A DNA stretch of 64,000 nt from Tubiluchus corallicola (GCA_030141605.1 JAQGDQ010000661.1:52952-116951), one strand, 5' to 3'. Counted from the stretch's first letter, positions 49,213 to 61,192 are shown. Notes: a model not told the origin generated them from the sequence alone. Program-made: numbers and translations.

Positions 49213-49954
49213 GTTTAATAGATCAAGATACTCAGGTTAATTTTTTTAAAAGAAAGGTGATAAGTCACTCAGCATGTTGGGTTTATTACACTGTTCGTAG
49301 AAAAATACAAGAAAGAAATTTGCAAAAGTTTTATATAAAGAAAAAAGCTAATTTATTCCGCCACTGTAGAGAAATTTTCAGGCACAGCGGTAGTTGCCAT
49401 TCACATGAAATTGAAACGTAAGTTGTGGACTTCGTGGCGTCTCCTAAGTGTATGGTGGCTGTCCGTAAGTGCATTCTGTTTTATCTAATATTCATCCAAA
49501 GAGATCACAAAGTTGGCTTTCTACTTTTTTGTAGAAAATATGTGAATTTTTGACTGAAATTGGCAATGTAGCGTTCTTCTTTGCGCAATGAGCGACACCT
49601 TTGTTGAAAGTTCAATATGCTCAAAATAGGTGCACCCAAGCAACTTTAAAGTGATTTTACTAACTACAGGTGGCGCTTTGATAACTTTATTACCAAGTCG
49701 ATCCTTCTAACACTTTTGTAGGTTTGGCCTTTCCTTTAAAGGTGCCATTTGTAATAAATTCGAGGCTACTTCGAATGATCATAAACCTTGATACTTTGGA
49801 ATATTCATATTTCTCCAACCTTTCGATAGATCATTACCAAAAAAATACAAACTACACAAAAGTTTAATTAAGTTTGTATTACAAGCATTTTGTTACATCT
49901 AAATACAATTTCTACGTCTTACTGGCTTTATAACAAATTACAACAACAACATTA

Positions 49955-50815
49955 GGCAAACAAACAAAAAGGATGATTTTCATCCAATGTGAAGCTAGGT
50001 TTCAAACAAAGGCAAACAAAGAAAAGGATGATTTTCATCCAATGTGAAGCTAGGTTTCAAACAAAGGCAAACAAAGAAAAGGATGATTTTCATCCAATGT
50101 GAAGCTAGGTTTCAAAGGAAGGCAAACAACCAAAAGAATGATTTTCATCCAATGTGAAGCTAGGTTTCAAAGAAAGGCAAACAAATAAAAGGATGATTTT
50201 CATCCAATGTGAAGCTAGGTTTCAGAGAAAGGCAAACAAACAAAAGGATGATTTTCATCCAATGTGAAACTAGGTTTCAGAGAAAGGCAAACAAACAAAA
50301 GGATGATTTTCATCCAATGTGAAGCTAGGTTTCAAAGAAAGGCAAACAAACAAAAGGATGATTTTCATCCAATGTGAAGCTAGGTTTCAAAGAAAGGCAA
50401 ACAAACAAAAGGATGATTTTCATCCAATGTGAAGCTAGGTTTCAAAGAAAGGCAAACAAACAAAAGGATGATTTTCATCCAATGTGAAGCTAGGTTTCAG
50501 AGAAAGGCAAACAAACAAAAGGATGATTTTCATCCAATGTGAAGCTAGGTTTCAGAGAAAGGCAAACAAACAAAAGGATGATTTTCATCCAATGTGAAGC
50601 TAGGTTTCAGAGAAAGGCAAACAAACAAAAGGATGATTTTCATCCAATGTGAAGCTAGGTTTCAAAGAAAGGCAAACAAACAAAAGGATGATTTTCATCC
50701 AATGTGAAGCTAGGTTTCAAAGAAAGGCAAACAAACAAAAGGATGATTTTCATCCAATGTGAAGCTAGGTTTCAGAGAAAGGCAAACAAACAAAAGGATG
50801 ATTTTCATCCAATGG
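49955..50815. repeat. 55-bp minisatellite (about 16 copies) directly after the cadherin-like stop codon
   Basis: Unit GGCAAACAAACAAAAGGATGATTTTCATCCAATGTGAAGCTAGGTTTCAAAGAAA with internal palindrome GGATGA-TTT-TCATCC. Confidence 0.96.
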
Positions 50816-50819
50816 GAAA

Positions 50820-52814
50820 TTAGGCTTCAGGTGATGGCCTAAAGCTTCGACTGCTCAGCTTTGATTGTTGCAAGCGGGATGCAAGATTCCGCCGTCTCTC
50901 CTTTAATACCACAGAAACCCGGTAAGCTAGGAGTAACATTATGAGCAACATGAAGATCCCTCCCAATCCCAGCAACACGGCAGCTGGTAATTGATCATCA
51001 TCCTCTTCATCTTCAGAAGCCAAAGCTGTAAGGGCATCATAATCATCATCAACTGGTCTGTTGATTGTAACTTTTACTTGTGCAAAAGCACAACGTATGT
51101 CTTGCGGAAATGGTTTTCTGTTCTTGTTACAAACCTTGACACTAAACTCACACATGGATCTAACATTAGTAATGATACGGTTGTTGGCCCATACTACCAA
51201 TATGGGGTTTCTCAATTTTGTGGAAACAGTTGTGTGGACGACTTGCTTGCAGTCATCTTCCAAACCTACTGTGTAATACTCGAGGGTTCCTGGCCTATAT
51301 TTAGCTGTTGCTGCAGCTACGGTTCCAATGGACTCTGAGACGTCATTTGGCGCTACTTTAAAATTGTATACTGGGTACTCAATCATCGGATTGAAACTAT
51401 TTGTTGACTGAATGACTATTTCACATGACTGTTCGTCAGTCAGCGTCCCATTAGTAGCACGTATAGTCAGTTTCTCTGTGGTTTCGGCATAATATGTACT
51501 CAATGGGAATTTCGCTTGCAATTCACCAGCTGACGTTAATTCAAAATATTGTTGGTCATCATCACTATTAGGTTTTAAGGTGAAAGTGGCTGCGTTACGT
51601 GCGTGAAAGCGAACAAATGTTGTTTTTAGAGGCATATTTTCTGGCACAGTTCTTCTGGGAGGCATATTAAGTATCTGTGGTGGCACAGGAGTTACAGATA
51701 CAGACTGGATCACTAAGATTGTCGTAGAAAAGCGAACACCGTCAGTTGCCAACGATGCCCTGACAAGAATGAGGTACAAATGATCAGGTTTTAAAGTTCC
51801 AGTCACTTTCACCACTCCAGTGTCAGCATTTATCTCGAAACGTCCTTCAGTCTGGTCTGCAAATGGAAAGCTATAGCGTACAGCACTCTTATTGTTTGCA
51901 TTCTGATCAAGAGCAGATATTCCCTGTGGATTAACGTCCACTACTGTTCCTTTGGTGGCATTTGCAGGTATAGATGCGTTGTACTCATTGTCAGTAAAAG
52001 CAGGGTTGAGACGTTCAGGTTCTATGATTATAGTCAGTTGTCTGGTTGAGCTTAGTGATTTGTAATATATACCTTTGTCTTGCACTTTCAGAACCAAAAC
52101 ATATTTATCAGGCACATCATGTTCATATAATTTTTCCTTTATCTTTACTACTCCTGTTTGTTTGTTTATGGAAAAAAGATTAGAACCATTGACGAGTGAA
52201 AATGTGAAAACGTTGTTGGGTGCGGTGAAGTCCAAATCTTTGGCAGTTGCCTTGAAGATCACCAGACCAGGTCGTGCGTACTTGCTAATAGATACTTCGC
52301 TCGTGTTCCATGTGAATTCTGGTTTGTGATCATTAATATCAGCAACATATATATTGAAGTATATTGGAAATTCAACTAATTCTACTATTCTATCTTTGTT
52401 TTTCATTTCCTGGTAACACCAGAGAAACTTTTGATATGGAGGGTTTGTTGCAAAATCAGTCGTGTAAGTCAAGTTGCTAATGTCATACATAAGATAAACT
52501 CTGTTTTTCTTTGTGTTTACCTTAAATATTGTTTTAACTTTGTTGGTAGTTTCGCACGCCACGCGGTAGCATTCCCTCCTCAGATTACAGCACTTTGTTG
52601 CTTTATCCTTGTCTATAACCCAATCACCTAAGTACATATATCTGTAAACTTCGTAGAGTTCGTCACCTTTCTTGGCACTCTCTTGAATGGTTAGATTTCT
52701 CCGTTCTTTAGAAATTAGCTTGTCACAGTCTCGTTTCCATGGAACTTTGTCACCACGTAAGGCCTCACAACCCACGAAAGTGAGAAGCAAGCAAAACAGT
52801 ATGTTTTTATTCAT
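50820..52814 (-). CDS. Intronless cadherin-like (non-classical, protocadherin-like) single-pass membrane protein, 664 aa
   Basis: Signal peptide MNKNILFCLLLTFVGCEA; cadherin motifs DINDHKPEF, ATAKDLD, FSINKQTGVV, VQDKG, FEINADTGVV, VPEN; about 5 EC-like repeats; acidic stalk; TM helix AAVLLGLGGIFMLLIMLLLAY; ~30-aa basic tail. Confidence 0.9.
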   Translation of the reverse strand: MNKNILFCLLLTFVGCEALRGDKVPWKRDCDKLISKERRNLTIQESAKKGDELYEVYRYMYLGDWVIDKDKATKCCNLRRECYRVACETTNKVKTIFKVNTKKNRVYLMYDISNLTYTTDFATNPPYQKFLWCYQEMKNKDRIVELVEFPIYFNIYVADINDHKPEFTWNTSEVSISKYARPGLVIFKATAKDLDFTAPNNVFTFSLVNGSNLFSINKQTGVVKIKEKLYEHDVPDKYVLVLKVQDKGIYYKSLSSTRQLTIIIEPERLNPAFTDNEYNASIPANATKGTVVDVNPQGISALDQNANNKSAVRYSFPFADQTEGRFEINADTGVVKVTGTLKPDHLYLILVRASLATDGVRFSTTILVIQSVSVTPVPPQILNMPPRRTVPENMPLKTTFVRFHARNAATFTLKPNSDDDQQYFELTSAGELQAKFPLSTYYAETTEKLTIRATNGTLTDEQSCEIVIQSTNSFNPMIEYPVYNFKVAPNDVSESIGTVAAATAKYRPGTLEYYTVGLEDDCKQVVHTTVSTKLRNPILVVWANNRIITNVRSMCEFSVKVCNKNRKPFPQDIRCAFAQVKVTINRPVDDDYDALTALASEDEEDDDQLPAAVLLGLGGIFMLLIMLLLAYRVSVVLKERRRNLASRLQQSKLSSRSFRPSPEA

Positions 52815-54981
52815 TCGCTCCTATTATGCCAGTTCTTAGGTAGGATGGTTATAAAGTCTAGTCAGAATAAAACTAAACACATCGAAATGGAGTAAAGAAA
52901 TGTTGTGTTATCAAACATTCACGGCGCAAGACTAATCCGCTATGCGTATCATCTGTCTGCGTAGTAACAGGTATCCATTCCAAGTGCGGGAGAACGAAGA
53001 AACTTTGTTTACAGTTTGAAGCACATTGTTGCCACATTGTTTGCTTTCTTAATATTGTGACGCAAATACAATAGTGAACAAATCGTACGTAACTTCTAGT
53101 GTGAGCTGAATGTTCAACGTAACAATACGAAAGAACATTTCTACTGAAATGTATGGGGAAAAGAATAATGTCCGAGAAAAATTAGATTCGATCCTCATAA
53201 TGGAATGGAATGACACATCCCTAGCTTCCTTGCTATCTCGGATCAGAAATATCCAATTATTTATCTGTAAAGAAGATATTCTGGGAGATTTTATATGGTG
53301 TATATCCGCGGAAAATTCTCATCCCTGAAACTGACCATGTGACCCGAGGTCATGGAGCGGCCAGGTTTTCATTTCTTTTCATTTTTCAAAAACGCTTTCA
53401 TTCTTCAAGTAAAAAGGAGATGTTTATTACACCATAATTATTGTCATAACTGATTAGTTTGAAAAAAAAATGAATTAAAGAGACTGCAGAAAATAGCTGC
53501 CAAATATCACAACAGGTGGCGCCAGGCACCAAAGTGCAGTTAAGGAGAAAATGAAAACGAATACAGACCAAGTCATTTTTACGAATCACCTAAATCAACT
53601 AAAATTGGACGATTAATTTTTAGCCTCTGACAAAGACTGTATTTACTCTAGTTTTAATGCAAACAAACAAATAGTTTAAGTGAGAATTAATTACTGATTT
53701 TCTCTCAGGTTTATAAATAAGATATTGATCTTATTGATTACTTAAAATCATTTGTCTGGCTAGAAACTTGTTACCAAAATCGTCAATTTTTAACCATATA
53801 TCAAAATTACAGCTTTTACGACAATTACTAAAATGTCTGCTTGCATAGCAAAATCGTCCGTAAGTTGACAGTTAAGCTTTTCTAGTTATTCACGTATCCT
53901 GAATCTCCATTTCACGAGGATCATTTTGATACCAAGTTCATCTCTCTATGTTATTTCTAAGCTGAGATAATCCACGTTGAAGTTCAGGTGCAGGCTGCGC
54001 ACTGAAAAACATAATCTTGAGAAAATCACTGTTAAAGTCAGCCATTGTTTCTTGTCGCGTTTCTACAAAACATTTAGCAACTGCACAAATGTTGGTTGCT
54101 ATGAACTTTGAGGTTATGTTTAAATCCAGTAGATGGCTGTTACTGACGAAGATCTGGGCTTGACAACAGAAAAAACCCGAAGCAAAAATAAGCTGCTAAC
54201 GGAGTTTGAAAATAGGAGTTTTTTACAATTGCAGTACTAGTTTCTAAACAAAAATGTAGGTACAGGGTTATAAAATTAGATTTTTAGTATTTTTTAAAAG
54301 TTTTCTTGATAATTTGATGCTAGAATATAAAAGTCCAATATATTTAGCATCTCTTATTATAAAAAAATTGACATTTGAGCAAATTTTTGCTTCATTTACT
54401 TTGAAGCATCATAATGTAGTTGTAACTATTCCAGCTTGTGGACGGTTTCGACTCGCAAGCGCACGAATAATGATTTTCTTTCGTGTTTACAAAATAAATA
54501 AGACAGTAGTTTAAAGATTTACTTAAAATCATTTTTCTGGCTAGTAAACTCGTCAATTTCCAGCCATGTCATCAAAATTATCGATTACTAAAATCACGTT
54601 CATAGTTCACAGTTTAGCTGTACTAACTTACAATTATAAAACACATTCCTAGCTTGAACCTAATTACCGCTGACCTAACGCTACCTACCTATCAGGTAAA
54701 AATAATCAGTATAGAAAAATGTAATAAAATTCATGATATGTCGACTAAAATACAATATTTACAACGTTGTCTGCACTATATTATGTACAAGTTTAACAGT
54801 AAAAAGTGTTTAAATTAGTTTTTTTACATATGCAGTGAAGCGAGTGCTGATAAAATCAAATCGGAATTAAATACATGAAAGAGTCAACTTCTACGAAACG
54901 ACATGTATTGAGCGACGATCGTTTTGGCTCTTGAAGCCATTATAAAACTTCAAATGAAGCCAAAGAGAACAACAAATAATA

Positions 54982-55472
54982 CAGTCTAGCCTCGTTATCT
55001 TGCCCCTCGTTATGCCGCCAAACTCGTCTCTCGCCATAGAAAGTACCAGGACGGATTTCCTGCTTTGATATTTACCTCGTTAAGTCGCCACCCTCGCTTC
55101 TCGCCCTCGCCACGTCATGCTAGGATGAGTGCTTATGTAAACTATATTCGTTATGTCGCCAAACAGACAAACTCAGAGGTGAATCGATCAATACATATAC
55201 CGCGTGTCGATCAATATAACCGCGGTATGTAGACAATGCTGCTGTACTCGATAGACAGACATAATTAATCTAGTGTGTCTCTCACCAGGATTAGATTAGG
55301 AGTGTTGTGGTTGGTGTACCTAGAGTGCTGTACATAGAGGAACACTATGTTAGTCAACTATTATGTATATACATATAGACTAACTTCGTTATATTCCCGT
55401 TATCTCGCCATACTCGCCTCTCGCCAAAAATTTGCCCTAGACGGACAGTGGCGAGATAACGAGACTAGACTG
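54982..55472. mobile_element. Tc1/mariner-like MITE nested in the inverted repeat
   Basis: TA TSD; TIR CAGTCTAG(C/T)CTCGTTATCT(T/C)GCC. Confidence 0.88.
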
Positions 55473-56069
55473 TATTAATGATACGAAGGCACAAACTGAA
55501 ACTGCAAAACACGAGATTAGAATTTAACTTGTCCAAATAAACGAAGTTGTACCAGAAAAGATTGCAGACAAAATTTTTACCTGACATATGAGAACCAAAA
55601 AAGAACACAACAGGTAAACTATTAACCCAAGTTTACATAATGAAAAACAGCACCAGTAAGCATTGTAATTACTTGCACTACAACGTAGTTTATTTTCTAC
55701 AAGTTAAATTCTAATCTGTCGTTTTCTAGTTCCAGTTTGTGCTTTTGTATCAGTAACGTATTTGTTGGTGTCAAGCAATTTAATCTTAACATTCTATAAT
55801 TATTTGTTTTTTTTGTATGTTTACAAACATGCGTTTCCTGAAAGTGTTTATAATGAGGTCAGCCTTAGTCATGTGACCTAAGCTTTAGTAGTATACACCA
55901 CCTATCAATCACACTTGTTTCTACATGTAGCTAGATTTTCTGTTGCCGCTATGCTGATCATGCCGTTTGGTGATACTTGCATTGCTTTGTCTATTTTGTT
56001 ACAATTTAACAGTCACTAGTTGTATTTTCAAGCCAAAGTTGTCACCAGTAAATGTAAGTCTATTAAACT

Positions 56070-56138
56070 ATTTAAACTATTAACTAATTATTAAAGTGTA
56101 GATGGTCTACACTTTAATAATTAGTTAATAGTTTAAAT
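56070..56138. repeat. Perfect 33-bp-arm palindrome with a 3-nt spacer
   Basis: ATTTAAACTATTAACTAATTATTAAAGTGTAGA-TGG-TCTACACTTTAATAATTAGTTAATAGTTTAAAT. Confidence 0.93.
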
Positions 56139-56379
56139 TGGTTAGAATTGCTTCAAATGTCTAGAATCATAAAGTAATAATTTGTGTTTCAGTCTTCTTA
56201 AATCTAACTTTTTATTTTGTCTAAATAGTAATAACCTTTAGCACATTCTTAAGCACTTTTTGTGATCTGTTATTTTAATAAATTGCAGGTCTATCGCGCA
56301 GTTCAATACTGATTTTTGACGTTTCTTTGCCTGGACTGCGCGCATCCACAGTATTATTTATTCTTTTTTGTAGCTTAAT

Positions 56380-56426
56380 TTGTAGCTTGATAATGGTTTC
56401 AACAGCCGAAACGATCGTCGCTCGAT
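56380..56426 (+). ncRNA. Candidate minimal type I hammerhead ribozyme (U3-A8 core variant)
   Basis: AGC-TTGATAA-T-GGTT-TCAAC-AGCC-GAAAC-GATC-GTC-GCT: stem I AGC/GCT, stem II GGTT/AGCC, GAAA, very short stem III with a palindromic GATC loop, GUC cleavage triplet. Confidence 0.55.
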
Positions 56427-56462
56427 AAACATGTTGATTCAAATCAAATCAAAAGTCGACTA

Positions 56463-56960
56463 TAGGTTTTACACGTCAAATGTAGACACAGGAAAGTTCA
56501 AATGTGACTTAGGTAAGTCAAATGTAGACACAGGAAAGTTCAAATGTGACTTAGGTAACTCAAATGTAGACATAGGAATTTCGAATGTGTTCTGGTAACT
56601 CAAATATGACTTAGGTAAGTCACATGTAGATGCATTACTTTGAATAAATCGGTAATTAACTCATTTAAGTGCAAATTAGAAAAAGATAAACCAAAGATAG
56701 TGCATCTATTAGTAGGCCTATAACGTTGTTATTTTAACTTAGGAGCAATTATTAAATTGAAATTAAAGAAGATTAAATTTAACATCCTTAAACTTTAACA
56801 CCTGTCCACATTTGAGATACCAATGTCACATTTGACTTGACATGTGTCTACATTTGACTTACCAAAAACGCTCAAGATTTCTTGAAAACCATTGTTAACA
56901 CATTTAAACTGCCTAAGTCTACATTTGAGTTAACGCAGGTCTACATGCATGTAAAACATA
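56463..56960. mobile_element. Foldback-like MITE (TCAAATGTAGAC / GTCTACATTTGA arrays)
   Basis: Inverted arrays of short motifs; termini GTTTTACA / TGTAAAAC. Confidence 0.55.
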
Positions 56961-57336
56961 TATAACAGGTAGACCTTCTCTATAAATAGACTGACTAAGA
57001 TGATGATTGTCAAAGATATTCAAGCGCAATCCTTTACGTTGTTGATACTTTCTCACAGCTTTTGGATCTTAGAGAAGGCAAATAGCAAAGCGTTTGTGTT
57101 GATGATGACGTCAATAAATTCCGGAATTATTTGCCTCAAAACTAAAAAACAAACGCTAACTGGATGACGTCTATCAACTCATGAAACAAAATGACACACT
57201 AGCTGGTTTTTTACTGTAGTTTGCTATGTGATACACAACAATGCTTACTAAAATATAGGAACAATGCCTTCACAACCGCTGTAGCTACATATTTCTTACT
57301 AACTCACAAATACAACCTATTTGTACATGGAAATAT

Positions 57337-57805
57337 TTACAGGTTACGTTTTGCATCTTCTGGCAAAGGCAAGTCTGATTCACTGCTAAATGAGGAAGCA
57401 TCACTAACGTTGCCATTGCTAGCATCAACATCACCGCCGCCGCCGCCGCCACCACTGCTGCTGAATATTGACTCAAAATCAATGTCGTTGTTGCCGCTGG
57501 GAGGTTTGTCGTCCGTAGTCCTGTCATTATCGTTTACTTCATCTGCTAACGCGGGCATATTTTCGCTTTTACGAGCGACGCTAGGTAGGACGGCATGTTC
57601 AGCGGCGGGCGGTGCTGCCGCCTGGTGCGTAACAGCTGCAATCATTTCTCGCACGGTTTCAGACTCGTCATCGTCGAGGGGTCGGCGAAGATCATACGTG
57701 GAGCGCGACGCGAGAGAAGGTTTATCCTGCATGGAATTTAGGGACGACTCGCTGACGGCATGCAGTAGGTACTCTTCCGAACGTGACTTGTCCAGTCCTT
57801 TATTC
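57337..57805 (-). CDS. PDZ gene probable terminal exon
   Basis: ttttgtag acceptor; in frame with ORF 57337-57732. Confidence 0.75.
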
Positions 57806-60800
57806 CTACAAAAGTAAAACGTGTGTCATTAGCATATGCTTAGTGTTGGTCAGCATTTGCATGTCAAACACTTCATTTGTAATCGAGTCACTTTTCTATG
57901 TCAAACAACACTTCATTTGTAATCGAGTCACTTTTCTATGTCAAACAACACTTCATTCGTAATCGAGTCACTTTTCTATGTCAAACAACAATTCATTCGT
58001 AATCGAGTCACTTTTCTATGTCAAACAACAATTCATTCGTAACCGAGTCACTTTCCAATGTCAAACAAAACTTCATTCGTAACCGAGTCACTTTTCTATG
58101 TCAAACAACATTTCATTCGTAATCGAGTCACTTTCCAATGTCTCATTCGTAATCGAGTCACTTTTCTATGTCAAACAACACTTCATTCGTAATCGAGTCA
58201 CTTTTCTATGTCTCATTCGTAATCGAGTCACTTTTCTATGTCAAACAACACTTCATTCGTAGTCGAGTCACTTTTCTATGTCAAACAACAATTCATTCGT
58301 AATCGAGTCACTTTTCTATGTCAAACAACACTTCATTTGTAACCGAGTCACTTTTCTATGTCAAACAACACTTCATTCGTAATCGAGTCACTTTTCTATG
58401 TCAAACAACACTTCATTCGTAATCGAGTCACTTTTCTATGTCAAACAACATTTCATTTGTAATCGAGTCACTTTCCAATGTCTCATTCGTAATCGAGTCA
58501 CTTTTCTATGTCAAACAACACTTCATTCGTAATCGAGTCACTTTTCTATGTCTCATTCGTAATCGAGTCACTTTTCTATGTCAAACAACACTTCATTCGT
58601 AGTCGAGTCACTTTTCTATGTCAAACAACAATTCATTCGTAATCGAGTCACTTTTCTATGTCAAACAACACTTCATTTGTAATCGAGTCACTTTTCTATG
58701 TCAAACAACACTTCATTCGTAACCGAGTCACTTTTCTATGTCAAACAACACTTCATTCGTAATCGAGTCACTTTTCTATGTCAAACAACACTTCATTCGT
58801 AATCGAGTCACTTTTCTATGTCAAACAACACTTCATTCGTAACCGAGTCACTTTTCTATGTCAAACAACACTTCATTCGTAACCGAGTCACTTTTCTATG
58901 TCAAACAACACTTCATTCGTAATCGAGTCACTTTTCTATGTCAAGCAACACTTCATTCGTAACCGAGTCACTTTTCTATGTCAAACAACACTTCATTTGT
59001 AATCGAGTCACTTTTCTACGTCAAACAACACTTCATTCGTAATCGAGTCACTTTTCTATGTCAAACAACACTTCATTCGTAACCGAGTCACTTTTCTATG
59101 TCAAACAACACTTCATTCGTAACCGAGTCGCTTTTCTATGTCAAGCAACACTTCATTCGTAACCGAGTCACTTTTCTATGTCAAACAACACTTCATTCGT
59201 AATCGAGTCACTTTTCTATGTCAAACAACACTTCATTTGTAATCGAGTCACTTTTCTACGTCAAACAACACTTCATTCGTAATCGAGTCACTTTTCTACG
59301 TCAAACAACACTTCATTCGTAACCGAGTCACTTTTCTATGTCAAACAACACTTCATTTGTAATCGAGTCACTTTTCTACGTCAAACAACACTTCATTCGT
59401 AATCGAGTCACTTTTCTATGTCAAGCAACACTTCATTCGTAACCGAGTCACTTTTCTATGTCAAACAACACTTCATTTGTAATCGAGTCACTTTTCTACG
59501 TCAAACAACACTTCATTCGTAATCGAGTCACTTTTCTATGTCAAGCAACACTTCATTCGTAACCGAGTCACTTTTCTATGTCAAACAACACTTCATTCGT
59601 AATCGAGTCACTTTTCTATGTCAAATACGAACTTAAGTATTTCATATTTCAATGTAAAACACACCAGTTCAAACTCAATGTATAAATCAATACTTGTCAA
59701 GTTTTACTGGATTAATTGGGGCGGTCTCTTATTGATAAATGAAATTAGAAAAGACTTGTAATTGGAAATTCACTCACCTGGAGATTGTCAACCTTACGGT
59801 TCCTTTGGCTTTTCGTAGAGCCAGTATTGCTTTATTGGGCGCCACACCAACCATTGACATTCCATTAACCTGGAAAACGCACCAATGAAAATACATTTCA
59901 GCAAAGAACAAGTAAAGTACAGGGATGAGAATTTTTTGGAAGGCCAGTAGTGCCATTTTTGTAAATCGCGTTAATTCGTTGAGAAAATTTTTACGGACCC
60001 AGTACATTATTTCACAAACTGACCACTAGCTGGCAGGCCGTCACTTTGTTTACATCACGTACATCAGTGTAACCACGTGTAAATCTCTATGTATAAAAAT
60101 ATAGAATCAATTGTGCGGAGTTATTTGAGTCAATTGCAGACAGTTTTTATATACTTTTGCATAGGAGCGGCCAGTACTTATTTGACTGACGTTTTTGAGA
60201 CAATTAGGTATCATGTATCCTTGATAGTTGGGTATTTTAAATTATGCATGAAACAAGGTAACTGATATTGTAAGTCCACTTAGAGGTTCTCTACGGTCAC
60301 AAAATTGCAATTTGTTGCTGCCTACACGGACCCCAACCCCACCGGCTTGTTTCAGAGTTTTTTGCAATTTGTCAATCTCATCCCTGAAAGTGAGGTAAGC
60401 AGCTACTTGTCTGTACACAATGAAAGTACATTTCAAGTGACATGTGTAGACAATATTAAAGAATCTATTTATGTAACAAGAGCAGAATATTTAAATATGT
60501 CCGCCGCTTCTCATACCAAACCGCTTCTTAAATCATTTCTGCGCATCTCTATGCACTCAGCTGAAAGGTCTAGCAGTCACTGCACATGGTTTGCAAAAGT
60601 AGCATGTACTGGACAGTGCTGCCCTCTGAGGCCAGCAGGCAGTTACCTACCTCAACTTACCTGTCAGGTGACATCATACTAACCTTAATACTTCACCCCA
60701 TTGGTTAATAGGTTCAATTGGTTAATTGGGTCAAAACACGTCGGTCCCAATGTGAGTCTATTAAGCAGCGACTACTCTATTTGCATGGCTTCATGACGTG

Positions 60801-61192
60801 CAGTAGTGAAATACAGCTCTACAGCGGATGCTAGAGTTAATATTTGACGTGGCACAATGTACTGTGACAGTTTAGGAGGTCCACACAAAGAATGGCTCAG
60901 AAAGACAGACTTAAATAACTTATTTTCTACCTGCCATTTTTACTCTTAAACTTTTGCTGTCCAGTTCACCTTTAATTTATAACTAACCAGAAATTTTATT
61001 ATCAAGAAAAATAAATTTCATTAAATTAAATTTTACCTGTAAAACTCGGTCTCCAACACGAAGACGACCATCAACCGCCGCTGCACTACCTGGACTAATA
61101 GACTTGATGATGGTTCTGCCTTTCTGGCCCGCTACGACAAAACCTAGTCCACCGGTGGACGGTTTAACCAGCTCTATGTGAACAACTCCACT
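57337..61192 (-). CDS. PDZ-domain protein, last three visible coding exons (5' part not in view)
   Basis: Exons 61192-61037 (SGVVHIELVKPSTGGLGFVVAG...DGRLRVGDRVLQ, phase 0), 59869-59778 (VNGMSMVG...ALRKAKGTVRLTIS, phase 2) and 57805-57337 (acidic, Ser-rich tail to a stop); canonical GT-AG, phases match; GLGF loop. Orthology among multi-PDZ proteins is not assignable by eye. Confidence 0.85.
57863..59626. repeat. 40-bp intronic minisatellite, about 45 copies
   Basis: Unit TCAAACAACACTTCATTCGTAATCGAGTCACTTTTCTATG; 30-bp deletion variants recur at 340-bp spacing. Confidence 0.97.
59778..59869 (-). CDS. PDZ gene exon (C-terminal half of PDZ)
   Basis: ttccag acceptor, GTGAGT donor. Confidence 0.88.
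59920..60386. mobile_element. hAT-like MITE, inverted copy of 42482-42974
   Basis: CAGGGATGAGA termini; internal homology throughout. Confidence 0.85.
61037..61192 (-). CDS. PDZ gene exon (N-terminal half of PDZ, GLGF loop)
   Basis: ctttag acceptor, CAG|GTAAAA donor. Confidence 0.9.

Larger units (their letters stand above)
54890..56445. mobile_element. Penelope-like inverted-repeat remnant
   Basis: 54890-54981 plus 55473-55560 is the reverse complement of 55690-55770 plus 56355-56445; both arms carry a hammerhead-like motif. The class is inferred; no RT ORF is present. Confidence 0.5.

Noticed and set aside
57221-57817. 198-aa + strand ORF
   Set aside because: Antisense to the phase-consistent PDZ-gene exon.
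57337-61192. Naming the PDZ gene (PTPN13, FRMPD2, MPDZ or similar)
   Set aside because: One PDZ domain and an unconserved tail are insufficient without a search; a weak donor near 57346 also leaves the 3' end slightly uncertain.
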